IMG/VR virus record: IMGVR_UViG_3300027804_002812
Location: 192,001 to 256,000 of that record
Source of the DNA: a virus
Lineage: Duplodnaviria; Caudoviricetes
Direction: 5' to 3' (one strand)
DNA length: 64,000 bases
Positions within the stretch are counted from its first letter, which is position 1. Each line of letters begins with the position of its first letter. Of this stretch, positions 47,486 to 56,567 are shown one piece after another. The notes under the pieces are model-generated. The model was not told the DNA's origin and searched no databases. It saw only the letters and a program-made list of their open reading frames with translations. A program made the translations under genes and the position numbers.

Positions 47486-47617
47486 AACTAAAAAATAAAC
47501 AATACCACAAATTTTGTAAAATTTTTCCAAAAATTTTTTTTAACGTTGAAGGAGTATTTCCAAATAGGGGGTCAATGTTTAGAAAATAAAAAACCCCTCT
47601 GTTGGGAGGGGTTAATA

Positions 47618-47905
47618 TTAGTTCAACTTCTTTATGTATTGACCAACACCTGTACTCATGAATCCATTTTTCCTCAACTTACTTTTAATCCTAAGACCTG
47701 TATCCTTATCAAACCCATTCCATCCAAAATAACTTGGACTTTCCACATCCACCACAACATAACCCCCAATATATTTTACAGTCACACATTCAGAGTCCAT
47801 ATACTGTTTCAAATCATCAAGAATATCAATATCTCGGACTTCTTTAATCACCCCTCGTATAATCTTAATCAATTCAGATTCCGTAAGTCTTACAATTTTT
47901 TTCAT
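47618..47905 (-). CDS. Leader-tagged hypothetical protein
   Basis: MKKIVRLTESELIKIIRGVIKE; TATTTAT upstream. Confidence 0.78.
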   Translation of the reverse strand: MKKIVRLTESELIKIIRGVIKEVRDIDILDDLKQYMDSECVTVKYIGGYVVVDVESPSYFGWNGFDKDTGLRIKSKLRKNGFMSTGVGQYIKKLN

Positions 47906-47995
47906 ATTAATAAATACCCAAAAAAGGTCATTTTTTTCCCAAAAATTATTTTGCATAACATAGGGGATTATCCCCCCAAAACTGACATTCTGACA

Positions 47996-48063
47996 GGAGG
48001 GAAGGGGGGATACGGGGGGTAGGGGCCCCATATGGGGGGGTGGACCCCATGCCAGAGGGGAGG
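47996..48063 (+). other. G-rich tract with G-quadruplex pattern and palindromes
   Basis: GGG-aa-GGGGGG-atac-GGGGGG-ta-GGGG..GGGGGGG; CCCCATATGGGG. Confidence 0.75.
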
Positions 48064-48100
48064 TATTAGATATATTTATTTATCCCCCACCCCCTATGAG

Positions 48101-48163
48101 TTATCCACAACTTATCAATGTGGATAACTTGTGGAGGTAAACAGAATAATATATTGTGGATAA
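48101..48163. promoter_or_regulatory. DnaA-box cluster 1
   Basis: TTATCCACA at 48101(+), 48119(-), 48155(-). Confidence 0.8.
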
Positions 48164-48352
48164 GTGGTATGACAGGCAGTCAGGAATAAAAACCACGTAG
48201 GGGTAACCAAAGAATGTTCTGTATACACAGTACAATTATATCTTGGAATCGTACGCACTACTTAACATAATCTAGATTATATAACATACTTCTATAACTC
48301 CCCCAACCTTTTATTGTATTATGTGGGGAATGTTTAGACACACCTTAAAAGT

Positions 48353-48787
48353 TTAGATAGTCATGAAAGGTTGTTGACCTTCCTTACGATTGATGTGCCA
48401 TGTCCCCACTTCAAGATTACGTCCCCTAATCTTAAACTCATCAGGAATGGCGGGGTTCTCAGTAACATCTTTGATTACAGACCTTATCCCATCACGGACT
48501 GACTTGTACTGTTCATACTCCATATCGTTAATAAGGTTGGGGTAAGACCAATCCAAATACTTCCCCTCATCAATCAACTCCTGAATCCATTCCTTCGTCT
48601 CAAAACCATAAGCCTCAGAAAACTCAGTGGGGTCGAACTCAAAGTTCAAAAAAATTGTTGTATAGAGATCCAAGTCCTCCTGTCTGACAAACACATCCTT
48701 AATCCATGGGTACTTCTTTTTTAATGCTCTCTTAATCAACTTGAAAACATATACGTTATAAATTTGTTCAGGTGTAATCTTCCCCAT
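48353..48787 (-). CDS. Hypothetical protein
   Basis: 144 aa; TATTTAT upstream. Confidence 0.78.
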   Translation of the reverse strand: MGKITPEQIYNVYVFKLIKRALKKKYPWIKDVFVRQEDLDLYTTIFLNFEFDPTEFSEAYGFETKEWIQELIDEGKYLDWSYPNLINDMEYEQYKSVRDGIRSVIKDVTENPAIPDEFKIRGRNLEVGTWHINRKEGQQPFMTI

Positions 48788-48801
48788 GGTAATACTGTTT
48801 A

Positions 48802-49038
48802 TTATAAATACTCAGTCTTTATCATCTTTTGACATACCTCCACAATATCCTTGGGGAATATCTCATAGTCAGACACTTCGTACAACTTCTCAATCTTGGC
48901 ATCAACACAAACCCAAGCATCCATACTTAATGGTTTATTCGTAAACCCCCTCTTCGCTTTCTCAAAATACAGAGAACCAACCTCTTCCTCTTTGAAGGAG
49001 ATAATAAACCGTATTCTCCCCTCCTCTATCTTGTCCAT
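48802..49038 (-). CDS. Hypothetical protein
   Basis: Start MDKIEE (49038) directly after TATTTAT; the longer track start runs into DnaA boxes. Confidence 0.7.
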   Translation of the reverse strand: MDKIEEGRIRFIISFKEEEVGSLYFEKAKRGFTNKPLSMDAWVCVDAKIEKLYEVSDYEIFPKDIVEVCQKMIKTEYL

Positions 49039-49058
49039 CTTATAAATAAAATCTGTCA

Positions 49059-49162
49059 TGTGGATAAGTATACATTCGGAACATATAAAAATAAAGTTAT
49101 CCACACACTGACATTATGTCTGGCGGGGTCGTCATGTGGAAAACTTTTTCCATTGTGGATAA
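49059..49162. promoter_or_regulatory. DnaA-box cluster 2
   Basis: TTATCCACA at 49059(-), 49097(+), 49154(-); TTTTCCACA at 49135(-); one-mismatch boxes at 49766 and 49800. Confidence 0.8.
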
Positions 49163-49858
49163 CTATTATGACCAAAAAACTTGATTTTGTCAAAATGTCA
49201 GGGGAGCGTTACATGGGGGATAATCCCTTTGGGGATATTCGGTTCCCCCACTCTCTACCACATTCCCCCACCATGAGTAGTGAATTTATGGCTGGTTATA
49301 GTGTAATGACCACTTTTTCCCCCCTGACGATAGCAGGAAGACCATTTTTTTACTATGTCTGTTTTCTAGCAAAAAAAGGATTAGTAAGTGAGACCCCGCG
49401 TGTAACGAACGTAGTGAGTGTTTTAATCCCCCTTCAACGAATCACCATGGTTATATAGACCATATGAGATGACCATTACATTCCCCTTCAAGGGACATAT
49501 CGTGGATGGTGGTAAGAAGTGGGAGTAAGTATATGACATGGTATTATGAACCGAAGGTATTATCTTATATGTCATCTCACTATAGAACTGTATGTGAAAT
49601 AATATATGTTAATTCGGAAATTCCCCGAATGGGGATGGTTTATTTAACATCTCACCTTCACACTATACACCATCTCGTTTGATGTCCCCTCATTTAGCGG
49701 GGATTAGTTTGGCGGGGATTATACAACAAGAGAGAGAATAAGGGACAATCCACGGAACAAAGTGTAGTGGATAATGTCTGTCCCGAAATGAACGAACTTG
49801 GTGGATAATCATCACAATTATTTAATATGGTGTGAGTTTCTTTATTCTATTTATTGCT

Positions 49859-50557
49859 ATGATAAAAGACTTACTAACAATCGTTATACCCTGTAAGAAT
49901 GAAATGGAGTTAATTGATTTGACTCTGAGTTTAATTAACAAACAAGAGGGCATATCAGGTACAAGAGTTATTATTGCTGATTCCTCTGATGATTCGACAA
50001 GGGACATTATATTATCAGGAGGACATGATAATTTGAACATTACTATTATTGATGGTGGTTATCCGAGCGTAGCAAGAAACAAGGGTTCTGAGTTATGTAC
50101 AACCCCCTATATATTATTCTTGGATGCTGATATATTCTTGATTGATAATACCACCATTAAGAAGTGTATGGATATTATACAGAAACAGTCATTGGAGTTA
50201 TTAACCTGTAAGTTTAGATGTGAAGGCAGGTATTCATTTGTCTTCCCCATCTTTGAATTCTTTAGAGATTTATCTGTTAGATATTCCCCATGTGCGATTG
50301 GTGGTTTTATGTTGTTTGAATATGATACCTTTATTAGAGTTGGAGGATTTGATGATGAAGATAAGTTTGCTGAGGATTTTCATCTTAGTAGTAAAATCTC
50401 CCCTAAGTTATTTAAGGTGGTGAATAAGAAGATATATACTACGGATAGAAGATTTAAGAAGAAAGGATTATTTTATATGGTTAAAGTTGCCATTCTATCC
50501 ATAATGAATAAGAACAACCCCGCGTTTTTTAAGTATGACCACAACTACTGGCTATAA
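49859..50557 (+). CDS. GT2 glycosyltransferase
   Basis: TIVIPCKNE, IADSSDD, ARNKG, LFLDADI, EDFHL. Confidence 0.9.
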   Translation: MIKDLLTIVIPCKNEMELIDLTLSLINKQEGISGTRVIIADSSDDSTRDIILSGGHDNLNITIIDGGYPSVARNKGSELCTTPYILFLDADIFLIDNTTIKKCMDIIQKQSLELLTCKFRCEGRYSFVFPIFEFFRDLSVRYSPCAIGGFMLFEYDTFIRVGGFDDEDKFAEDFHLSSKISPKLFKVVNKKIYTTDRRFKKKGLFYMVKVAILSIMNKNNPAFFKYDHNYWL

Positions 50558-51260
50558 GGTCGTGATAATGTCCGACCTCCACTTGGGAATGAAAGACTCT
50601 TCCCCTAAAAAGATATTGGAATTCTTGGATTCCATTCATACCGACCTGCTAATCCTTAATGGAGATATCATCGATATGGACGCCCTTAAACGTGGAAGCA
50701 AATGGAAAAATAAACATACAAAAGTTATTATGAAACTTCTTGATATGTCCCGTGATACTGATATCATATATCTTCGTGGAAACCATGACTCAGACTTGGA
50801 AGATGTTTATGGATATAAATTTGGAAACATAAAGTTTATGGATGAATACATCTATAATCATGAAGATAAAAAGATGTTGATATTTCATGGTGATAAAATT
50901 GATGTCACCGTCAAATATAAATTTCTTAGTCAGATCGGATCCATCGGTTATGACGTTGCCCTTCGACTGAACACTTTATATAATGAATATCGAATGAGAA
51001 CTGGCAAACCATATTACTCCATATCCAAATGGATTAAAAAAAATGTGAAGAATGCAATCTCCTTCGTTAACGACTTTGAAATAAATGCTTGTGAATACGC
51101 CAAATCCAAGAAATGTGATTCCGTCATATGTGGACATATTCATATCCCCGTGATTAAAAAAATTGATGAAATCGATTACTACAACTCAGGTGATTGGGTT
51201 GAAAACTTCTCCTGTCTTGTGTTGACTTCAGAAAATGAATGGAAATTAATTGAAAGGTAA
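50535..51260 (+). CDS. UDP-2,3-diacylglucosamine hydrolase-like metallophosphoesterase (LpxH-like)
   Basis: SDLHLG, NGDIID, GNHD, FHGD, CGHIH, YYNSGDWVE. Confidence 0.85.
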   Translation: MTTTTGYKVVIMSDLHLGMKDSSPKKILEFLDSIHTDLLILNGDIIDMDALKRGSKWKNKHTKVIMKLLDMSRDTDIIYLRGNHDSDLEDVYGYKFGNIKFMDEYIYNHEDKKMLIFHGDKIDVTVKYKFLSQIGSIGYDVALRLNTLYNEYRMRTGKPYYSISKWIKKNVKNAISFVNDFEINACEYAKSKKCDSVICGHIHIPVIKKIDEIDYYNSGDWVENFSCLVLTSENEWKLIER

Positions 51261-51285
51261 TCCGAAAAGTATTACCTTTGGGACT

Positions 51286-51639
51286 ATGAAGAATACCCTG
51301 AAACTTAAGAGATTAATGATGTCGTACTTAAACACCACGTACCCTGAGATTTACCTATTGAAGTTGGATTTCTTGGGGGATATCGTACAGACCTTTGATG
51401 AAAGTAAACAAAAGGGATGGTTCGACGAAAATGGAGTGAATAGTAGTCCTGATAGTTGGTGGGTCATGAGAAAGAAAATCATCTCGAGATTGGAGTTGAT
51501 GTTCTCTGTGGATTATGTCACCGCTGACAGCGTATTGAATGATTGGGTGAACTGTAGACCTAAATATGAGTATGTCAGAAACTCTATGAACGAGCAAGTC
51601 CTTGTCCGTGTGATGGAGGAATGTCATACGACATTATAA
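51286..51639 (+). CDS. Hypothetical protein (distant paralog-family member)
   Basis: YLNTTYPE..LMFSVD..VLNDWVN. Confidence 0.65.
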   Translation: MKNTLKLKRLMMSYLNTTYPEIYLLKLDFLGDIVQTFDESKQKGWFDENGVNSSPDSWWVMRKKIISRLELMFSVDYVTADSVLNDWVNCRPKYEYVRNSMNEQVLVRVMEECHTTL

Positions 51640-51702
51640 CTGTCATTTGCCGGGATTGATTATCCCCCAACCCCCTTTTTTATTTTAATGATATTTATTA
51701 CT

Positions 51703-52014
51703 ATGAAGTATATTATATCTGAGCACAGATTCGAAAGATTTATAATAAAGTACTTAAACACTTTGGACTTTATTGATGATAACCATAGTGAAGATGGCTT
51801 TGATGTGATGTATAACGGTAGTGAAGCGATGGCTTACCGAAGTCGTCATAAAAAATTATACATTAGCACTGACTTAATTAAAGATATGAAATCCCTTTTT
51901 AATTTGAGTCAAAAAGAAGTCATGGACTATATAAGAACGTGGTTTCGTAATGAATATGATGTGGAAGTAAATACCTTATGGTTTTTATTTCCTGATGAAC
52001 CATTTACCTATTAA
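51703..52014 (+). CDS. ~100-aa paralog family member (leader-tagged)
   Basis: MKYIISEHRFE..FNL..WFRNEY.VEV; preceded by CCCCAACCCCCTTTTTT and TATTTAT. Confidence 0.8.
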   Translation: MKYIISEHRFERFIIKYLNTLDFIDDNHSEDGFDVMYNGSEAMAYRSRHKKLYISTDLIKDMKSLFNLSQKEVMDYIRTWFRNEYDVEVNTLWFLFPDEPFTY

Positions 52015-52023
52015 ATCTGTCAT

Positions 52024-52329
52024 ATGCCGGGATTGAATTTACCCCCTACCCCCTTTGATGTTGAAAAAACTTTACGTAGAGTTGTTGACAAAATCATCTT
52101 ACCCAAGTTCCCCGAGGTTAAGACTTATGTTATCACACCAACTGAAGTTGATTGGCCAGGAAAGGTAACTGAATATTATCATCTATATTACGGTATTACC
52201 GCAGATATCTCGATTGAACGTGCCAGAGAATTATATGAGGACTCTTATAGATTGTTTAACATGTTGGGTTTCGATAACGCCAAACTAAATGTATCCACGA
52301 AACGGGTGATGGATGGAATGTCTATCTGA
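52024..52329 (+). CDS. Hypothetical protein
   Basis: 101-aa ORF. Confidence 0.7.
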   Translation: MPGLNLPPTPFDVEKTLRRVVDKIILPKFPEVKTYVITPTEVDWPGKVTEYYHLYYGITADISIERARELYEDSYRLFNMLGFDNAKLNVSTKRVMDGMSI

Positions 52330-52350
52330 TTAATTAACCTATATTAGAAT

Positions 52351-52635
52351 ATGAAATACATTATCTCCGAGAGTCGACTTGATAACATCATGAAAAAGTA
52401 TTTGGACTCTTTCTTATTGGGTAAGAATGTAGTCGATAATAAAAGGGTTATTGCAGTGTATAGTGATGAGGAGGATTATTTACAATATTTCCCGAGAAAA
52501 AAAGAACTATTTATATTGGATGAATTCTTGGATGAGTTCGAGGCTATGTTTGGTCTTACTCGAAAAGAATCAATTAGATTCATTATGGATTGGTTCGAAA
52601 ATGAATTTCATGTGAAAGTTCAGATGGCTGGATAA
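52351..52635 (+). CDS. ~100-aa paralog family member (leader-tagged)
   Basis: MKYIISESRLD..MFGL..WFENEF.VKV. Confidence 0.8.
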   Translation: MKYIISESRLDNIMKKYLDSFLLGKNVVDNKRVIAVYSDEEDYLQYFPRKKELFILDEFLDEFEAMFGLTRKESIRFIMDWFENEFHVKVQMAG

Positions 52636-52642
52636 TTGGTTT

Positions 52643-52984
52643 CTACCCAACATATTTTTTGGCGCCACGTGTATATAAAGACACAAACTTCTCCAACAAT
52701 TCCTTATCACTATTGATTAAATTACGAAGTCCGTCTTCTAATTCTTCCATTTGTCGAACGTGGATATCAGCATAATCCGTAGGTATTACACTTATAATCC
52801 CCGAGTATATTGCTCTATCTAAGTATGTTTGAAAGTCAGGCATAAATGATGGCATGTACCAATCTGCCGCTAGAATAACTGCGTTGATAAGTTCGGGCAT
52901 TCTTCTCTTGAGATATGGATCTACGGAGCCTTCATTAATCCCCATCACTTCTTTAATTCTATCTATATCTTCTTGTAAGTTCAT
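52643..52984 (-). CDS. Leader-tagged single-domain paralog
   Basis: MNLQEDIDRIKEVMGINE + KRR...DF..YLDRAI domain. Confidence 0.8.
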   Translation of the reverse strand: MNLQEDIDRIKEVMGINEGSVDPYLKRRMPELINAVILAADWYMPSFMPDFQTYLDRAIYSGIISVIPTDYADIHVRQMEELEDGLRNLINSDKELLEKFVSLYTRGAKKYVG

Positions 52985-53325
52985 ATTAAATCGAGTTTGC
53001 TTATGTAAATTTGTTGAAGTTTTTGGAATAGTTCTCTGTCTCTATTGATTATTCTCCATAAAATAATTTCGAGTTCCTTTAATTCATCGTGAGTCAAATC
53101 ATAAGTTGCTATTACGTCTCTAATTGAACCAAATATTGCCCTGTCTACAAAATTCAGAAAATCGTGATCAGAATATTCTCTGTCACTCCTAACATATATT
53201 GCGTCAGCAATATCAACAATTGCCTCCACAAACGCAGGAATTCTTCTTCTTAAATATGGATTAAGAAAACCTTCAGTGATCCCCATCACCTCTTTGATCC
53301 TATCTATATCTTCTAATAAATTCAT
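52981..53325 (-). CDS. Leader-tagged single-domain paralog
   Basis: MNLLEDIDRIKEVMGITE + same domain. Confidence 0.8.
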   Translation of the reverse strand: MNLLEDIDRIKEVMGITEGFLNPYLRRRIPAFVEAIVDIADAIYVRSDREYSDHDFLNFVDRAIFGSIRDVIATYDLTHDELKELEIILWRIINRDRELFQKLQQIYISKLDLI

Positions 53326-53329
53326 TTGG

Positions 53330-54292
53330 CTATATGTTGGAGATATAGTGATCGTAAATCTCATCGTATATTGAATGTTTCTTTATTAACTCCAATATCA
53401 TCGGCTCTAACTCCTCACGAATCTTTAACTGTTCCTCGTATTCCCCTCCTATTTCATCGTGAACAAAATCTCTTGTTGCTGAGAATACAACCCTCTTTAG
53501 AAAATCATTAAAGTTATCGTATGCTCTTGGCGATAACCAATCATATGAAGCCTCAACATAATCAATTAAAGCATCCATTCTTCTTTTGACACGATTAATT
53601 TCTTTGGATTCATTCAATCCGTTCACTTTTTCAAAGGAAGTTTCATTAGGGTCACCCCAACCACCTTCTGAGAAAAAGTAATTATGAATCTCGTCATACA
53701 TTTCTTTATTGGTATTTATGTAGTTCAACATTTTTGGTTCGAAGTCATCCATCATCTTTGACATATCATCAAAATCTTCGGAATCAAAAAAATCCATGGC
53801 AATATGCCTAGTTGTGTCATGTACAACTCTCCTTAAAAAATGGTCAAAGTTGTCGAATCTACTAGCAGCTAAATCACTATATTGAGAACGTATGTCATTA
53901 TTTAACCTACCTAATCTTCTTTTGATAGGAAGTGCGTAATCGGATTCATCGATTCTTGAAGTAACCCTATAATTTATGTAATTACGTTTGATTCTTTTGA
54001 ATAACCTCTCATCATTACGTAATATTCTAAGAGCAATTGGAAGTAACTCATCTATTTCTTCACTGGTCACAAGAATATCATTATGACCGAAGAAACTGTC
54101 TATTGCATGCATCAAAATCTCCTCGACATATTCTTCAAAACTATCACTATCAGTTTCCTCTACATCAATCCACTCGAAAGAATTAATAATATCATCTATA
54201 AATTCCTCCTGTCTTCGTATAAAAAAAGTGTTGCGGTTTTCGTTAATACCCATCACTTCTTTAATCCGATTTATGTCTTCCTGTAGATTCAT
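53330..54292 (-). CDS. Leader-tagged protein with three copies of the same domain
   Basis: MNLQEDINRIKEVMGINE; copies preceded by INE, IDE, LNE. Confidence 0.82.
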   Translation of the reverse strand: MNLQEDINRIKEVMGINENRNTFFIRRQEEFIDDIINSFEWIDVEETDSDSFEEYVEEILMHAIDSFFGHNDILVTSEEIDELLPIALRILRNDERLFKRIKRNYINYRVTSRIDESDYALPIKRRLGRLNNDIRSQYSDLAASRFDNFDHFLRRVVHDTTRHIAMDFFDSEDFDDMSKMMDDFEPKMLNYINTNKEMYDEIHNYFFSEGGWGDPNETSFEKVNGLNESKEINRVKRRMDALIDYVEASYDWLSPRAYDNFNDFLKRVVFSATRDFVHDEIGGEYEEQLKIREELEPMILELIKKHSIYDEIYDHYISNI

Positions 54293-54346
54293 GTTAATAA
54301 ATATCTGTGTAATGAAAAACCCCCACCTTTTGGGTGAGGGTCTTAA

Positions 54347-54685
54347 TTAAAATACTCTTAGAAAATGTCCCAAGAGACCCGTTACTCCAATCATGATTGG
54401 AATGTAGGTTTTTGCTCCACCCATAAGTGATAGATGTATTACTGTTGCAGCACTCATGAATGATGCGATTAGAATTGCTCCGAACAATGATGTTGCAGGA
54501 ATCAATAGTAATACAACTCCTAATAGTTCACCTAATCCTGTAACAACTCTATACTTATCTAACTTCATGTACGCGAAATTACCCACCATTTCTTTAGTTC
54601 CGATTAGTTTTTCGATAGCGCCTTTTCCCAAAAATAGTGCTGTTACCACGGATAGTGCCCATCCGATAATTGATAAAATTTCCAT
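54347..54685 (-). CDS. DoxX-like membrane protein
   Basis: Four hydrophobic segments; G..E..G..LLLIP.T...GA.L....M.AA...H. Confidence 0.75.
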   Translation of the reverse strand: MEILSIIGWALSVVTALFLGKGAIEKLIGTKEMVGNFAYMKLDKYRVVTGLGELLGVVLLLIPATSLFGAILIASFMSAATVIHLSLMGGAKTYIPIMIGVTGLLGHFLRVF

Positions 54686-54690
54686 AGTTT

Positions 54691-54939
54691 TTATTTTTTA
54701 TATAATTGTGTTAATCTTTCTAATTCTTGTTCATCCAATTCTTGTTCATCGTCTAAAAAAAATTCGATGTCATCAGTGTAAACCTTTTCATCGTCGTGGT
54801 GGTAAATGTCATCGCATCCACCATCAGCACATGAATCGATAAGATCACGTGCCTCGTCTTCATCTTCTGCTAATACACTATACGTCCAAGCGGTAACAAG
54901 TGTTCTTTCACCAATAAATGTAAATTTTTTCTTTGCCAT
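54691..54939 (-). CDS. Acidic hypothetical protein
   Basis: 82 aa. Confidence 0.72.
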   Translation of the reverse strand: MAKKKFTFIGERTLVTAWTYSVLAEDEDEARDLIDSCADGGCDDIYHHDDEKVYTDDIEFFLDDEQELDEQELERLTQLYKK

Positions 54940-54995
54940 AAATTTTTTATTTAACTTTAATAATTTATTTTGGGATTGTCAAATAGAGACAATAC

Positions 54996-55121
54996 CTATT
55001 TTCCCCTTAAGAAAAATAATACTATTGCTCCTATAATTAGGTATGTCATAAAGTTTGGAATATTGGTCATACCCCAAACAATGATGAATCCTACAATCAA
55101 AACATTAATAAGTCGTAACAT
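54996..55121 (-). CDS. Small two-TM protein (41 aa)
   Basis: Not in track. MLRLINVLIVGFIIVWGMTNIPNFMTYLIIGAIVLFFLRGK. Confidence 0.6.
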   Translation of the reverse strand: MLRLINVLIVGFIIVWGMTNIPNFMTYLIIGAIVLFFLRGK

Positions 55122-55185
55122 GAGTTATTTTTTTTAGGTGTGTACCAAATATAAAAAAAATATTTGAATAAAAAAACTTTTGTCC

Positions 55186-55869
55186 TTATATCAAATTAGA
55201 AGGTATAGTAAATTTCTTGTAAAGAATCTCCGCAAATCTTTTATGCCCCGCAAATGAAAAATGATAATCGAAAATACCACTATCTTGCCAAATAGTCTGC
55301 ATACTTAAAACAATAGGATCCTGTATTTGAAATGTAATGGTTTGACATTTCTTTTTATTTAACTCTTTGATAATAAAATTGAAACGCTTTTCCCACCTGT
55401 CTTTCCACAATGGACTTTCTGAAAAAAAATATTGATAGTCAATTATTGTATTCCAAAGTTTTTCCTCACTAATATGGTTTTTCAAAAAATTTCTTAAATT
55501 TTTCTCTCCTCTGTCTTCAAACATTGATATAATGCTAATCCATGATTGGTACATTGGTATATCCATTCTAGCCCAACTTGTCATACCAATTATGACCTTA
55601 TCATTTTCTTTTATTTGTTCGAAATTATCAAGGACCCAATCAAATATTTTGTCGTTGCTGGCCCCCGATTGAGATACATTTTTAATATCTTCGTTCAACC
55701 ATTCACCAAGCCATTCAATCCAAACCTTGTCTCCTTCTTTTTTGTGTTTGATATAATATTCATGTATTGGATAATCTGTGTGTCCGAATCCCCAACCTGG
55801 TCTACAGCCATGTCCCCATGTGAAACTATCTCCAAATCCCCATATCATGTTAAATAACTCCTTTGTCAA
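55186..55869 (-). CDS. SGNH-like paralog 11
   Basis: FGDSFTWG, NVSQSGASN, DYHFSFAGH. Confidence 0.78.
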   Translation of the reverse strand: MTKELFNMIWGFGDSFTWGHGCRPGWGFGHTDYPIHEYYIKHKKEGDKVWIEWLGEWLNEDIKNVSQSGASNDKIFDWVLDNFEQIKENDKVIIGMTSWARMDIPMYQSWISIISMFEDRGEKNLRNFLKNHISEEKLWNTIIDYQYFFSESPLWKDRWEKRFNFIIKELNKKKCQTITFQIQDPIVLSMQTIWQDSGIFDYHFSFAGHKRFAEILYKKFTIPSNLI

Positions 55870-56566
55870 CCATTTCCTCCATCACAGCAAGTTGTTCAGG
55901 ACTAGGAGGTTCTAACCATGAAATGGCTGTGTCAAAAACCCAATTCAATTCAGGTGTTAATAAATTTCTCTCTTTTAATATAGATTTTACGTATGACAAT
56001 CCTTGTTTCAATTTTTCAACTTGTTTTACTAAAACGTCAACACTCAAGGTTTTTGTCATTTTCAACAAGAGCAACCACCAAGAATAATTCCAACCTGTTT
56101 TGCCAAACAAAATTCGATATTTAATTATTCCTTTACTTATTGCCCACCTTTGAATTTCGTCTGGAGTTAATTTCAATACATTTTTAATCCCTTCCTTAAT
56201 TCCTGCGGATGCCACGTTTCCTCCAACTGGAACAAATCCCAGTGCTGCGGTCGCCAACCCTAAAAGAATAAACTCGGTCCTTTCGAGACCTGATGTCATG
56301 GCGGCTCTTGCAAAATAAGATATAGCATGAATTTCATCTATTGCAAATGACACTACATTACCCACACCTGGTACAACATCTATTGCCGCGGAAACGGTAT
56401 CAATCATAAAATCAGGGTTAATAGGGGTTTTTGAATCGATTGCTCCTTTGGATTGTCCGAAATTTTTAGGTGGTGCAGATTTTGGAGCAAGTGTTTTTCC
56501 TTTCAATTCAAGAGATGTTTGCTCCATAACCTCTTTGATTCTATGTATATCCTCTTGTAAGTTCAT
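55850..56566 (-). CDS. Leader-tagged protein with hydrophobic hairpin domain
   Basis: MNLQEDIHRIKEVME; DTVSAAIDVVPGVGNVVS..LGFVPVGG. Confidence 0.8.
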   Translation of the reverse strand: MNLQEDIHRIKEVMEQTSLELKGKTLAPKSAPPKNFGQSKGAIDSKTPINPDFMIDTVSAAIDVVPGVGNVVSFAIDEIHAISYFARAAMTSGLERTEFILLGLATAALGFVPVGGNVASAGIKEGIKNVLKLTPDEIQRWAISKGIIKYRILFGKTGWNYSWWLLLLKMTKTLSVDVLVKQVEKLKQGLSYVKSILKERNLLTPELNWVFDTAISWLEPPSPEQLAVMEEMVDKGVI

Positions 56567-56567
56567 C

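Noticed and set aside
47546-48031. ORF 47546..48022 and the 5' extension of 47618..48031
   Set aside because: The plus-strand ORF is antisense to a leader gene. The extension crosses the G/C-rich tract, whereas the leader and TATTTAT fix the start at 47905.
49060-49458. 132-aa plus-strand ORF
   Set aside because: Atypical composition, overlaps DnaA boxes and motif clusters, no start context; most likely non-coding origin-like DNA.
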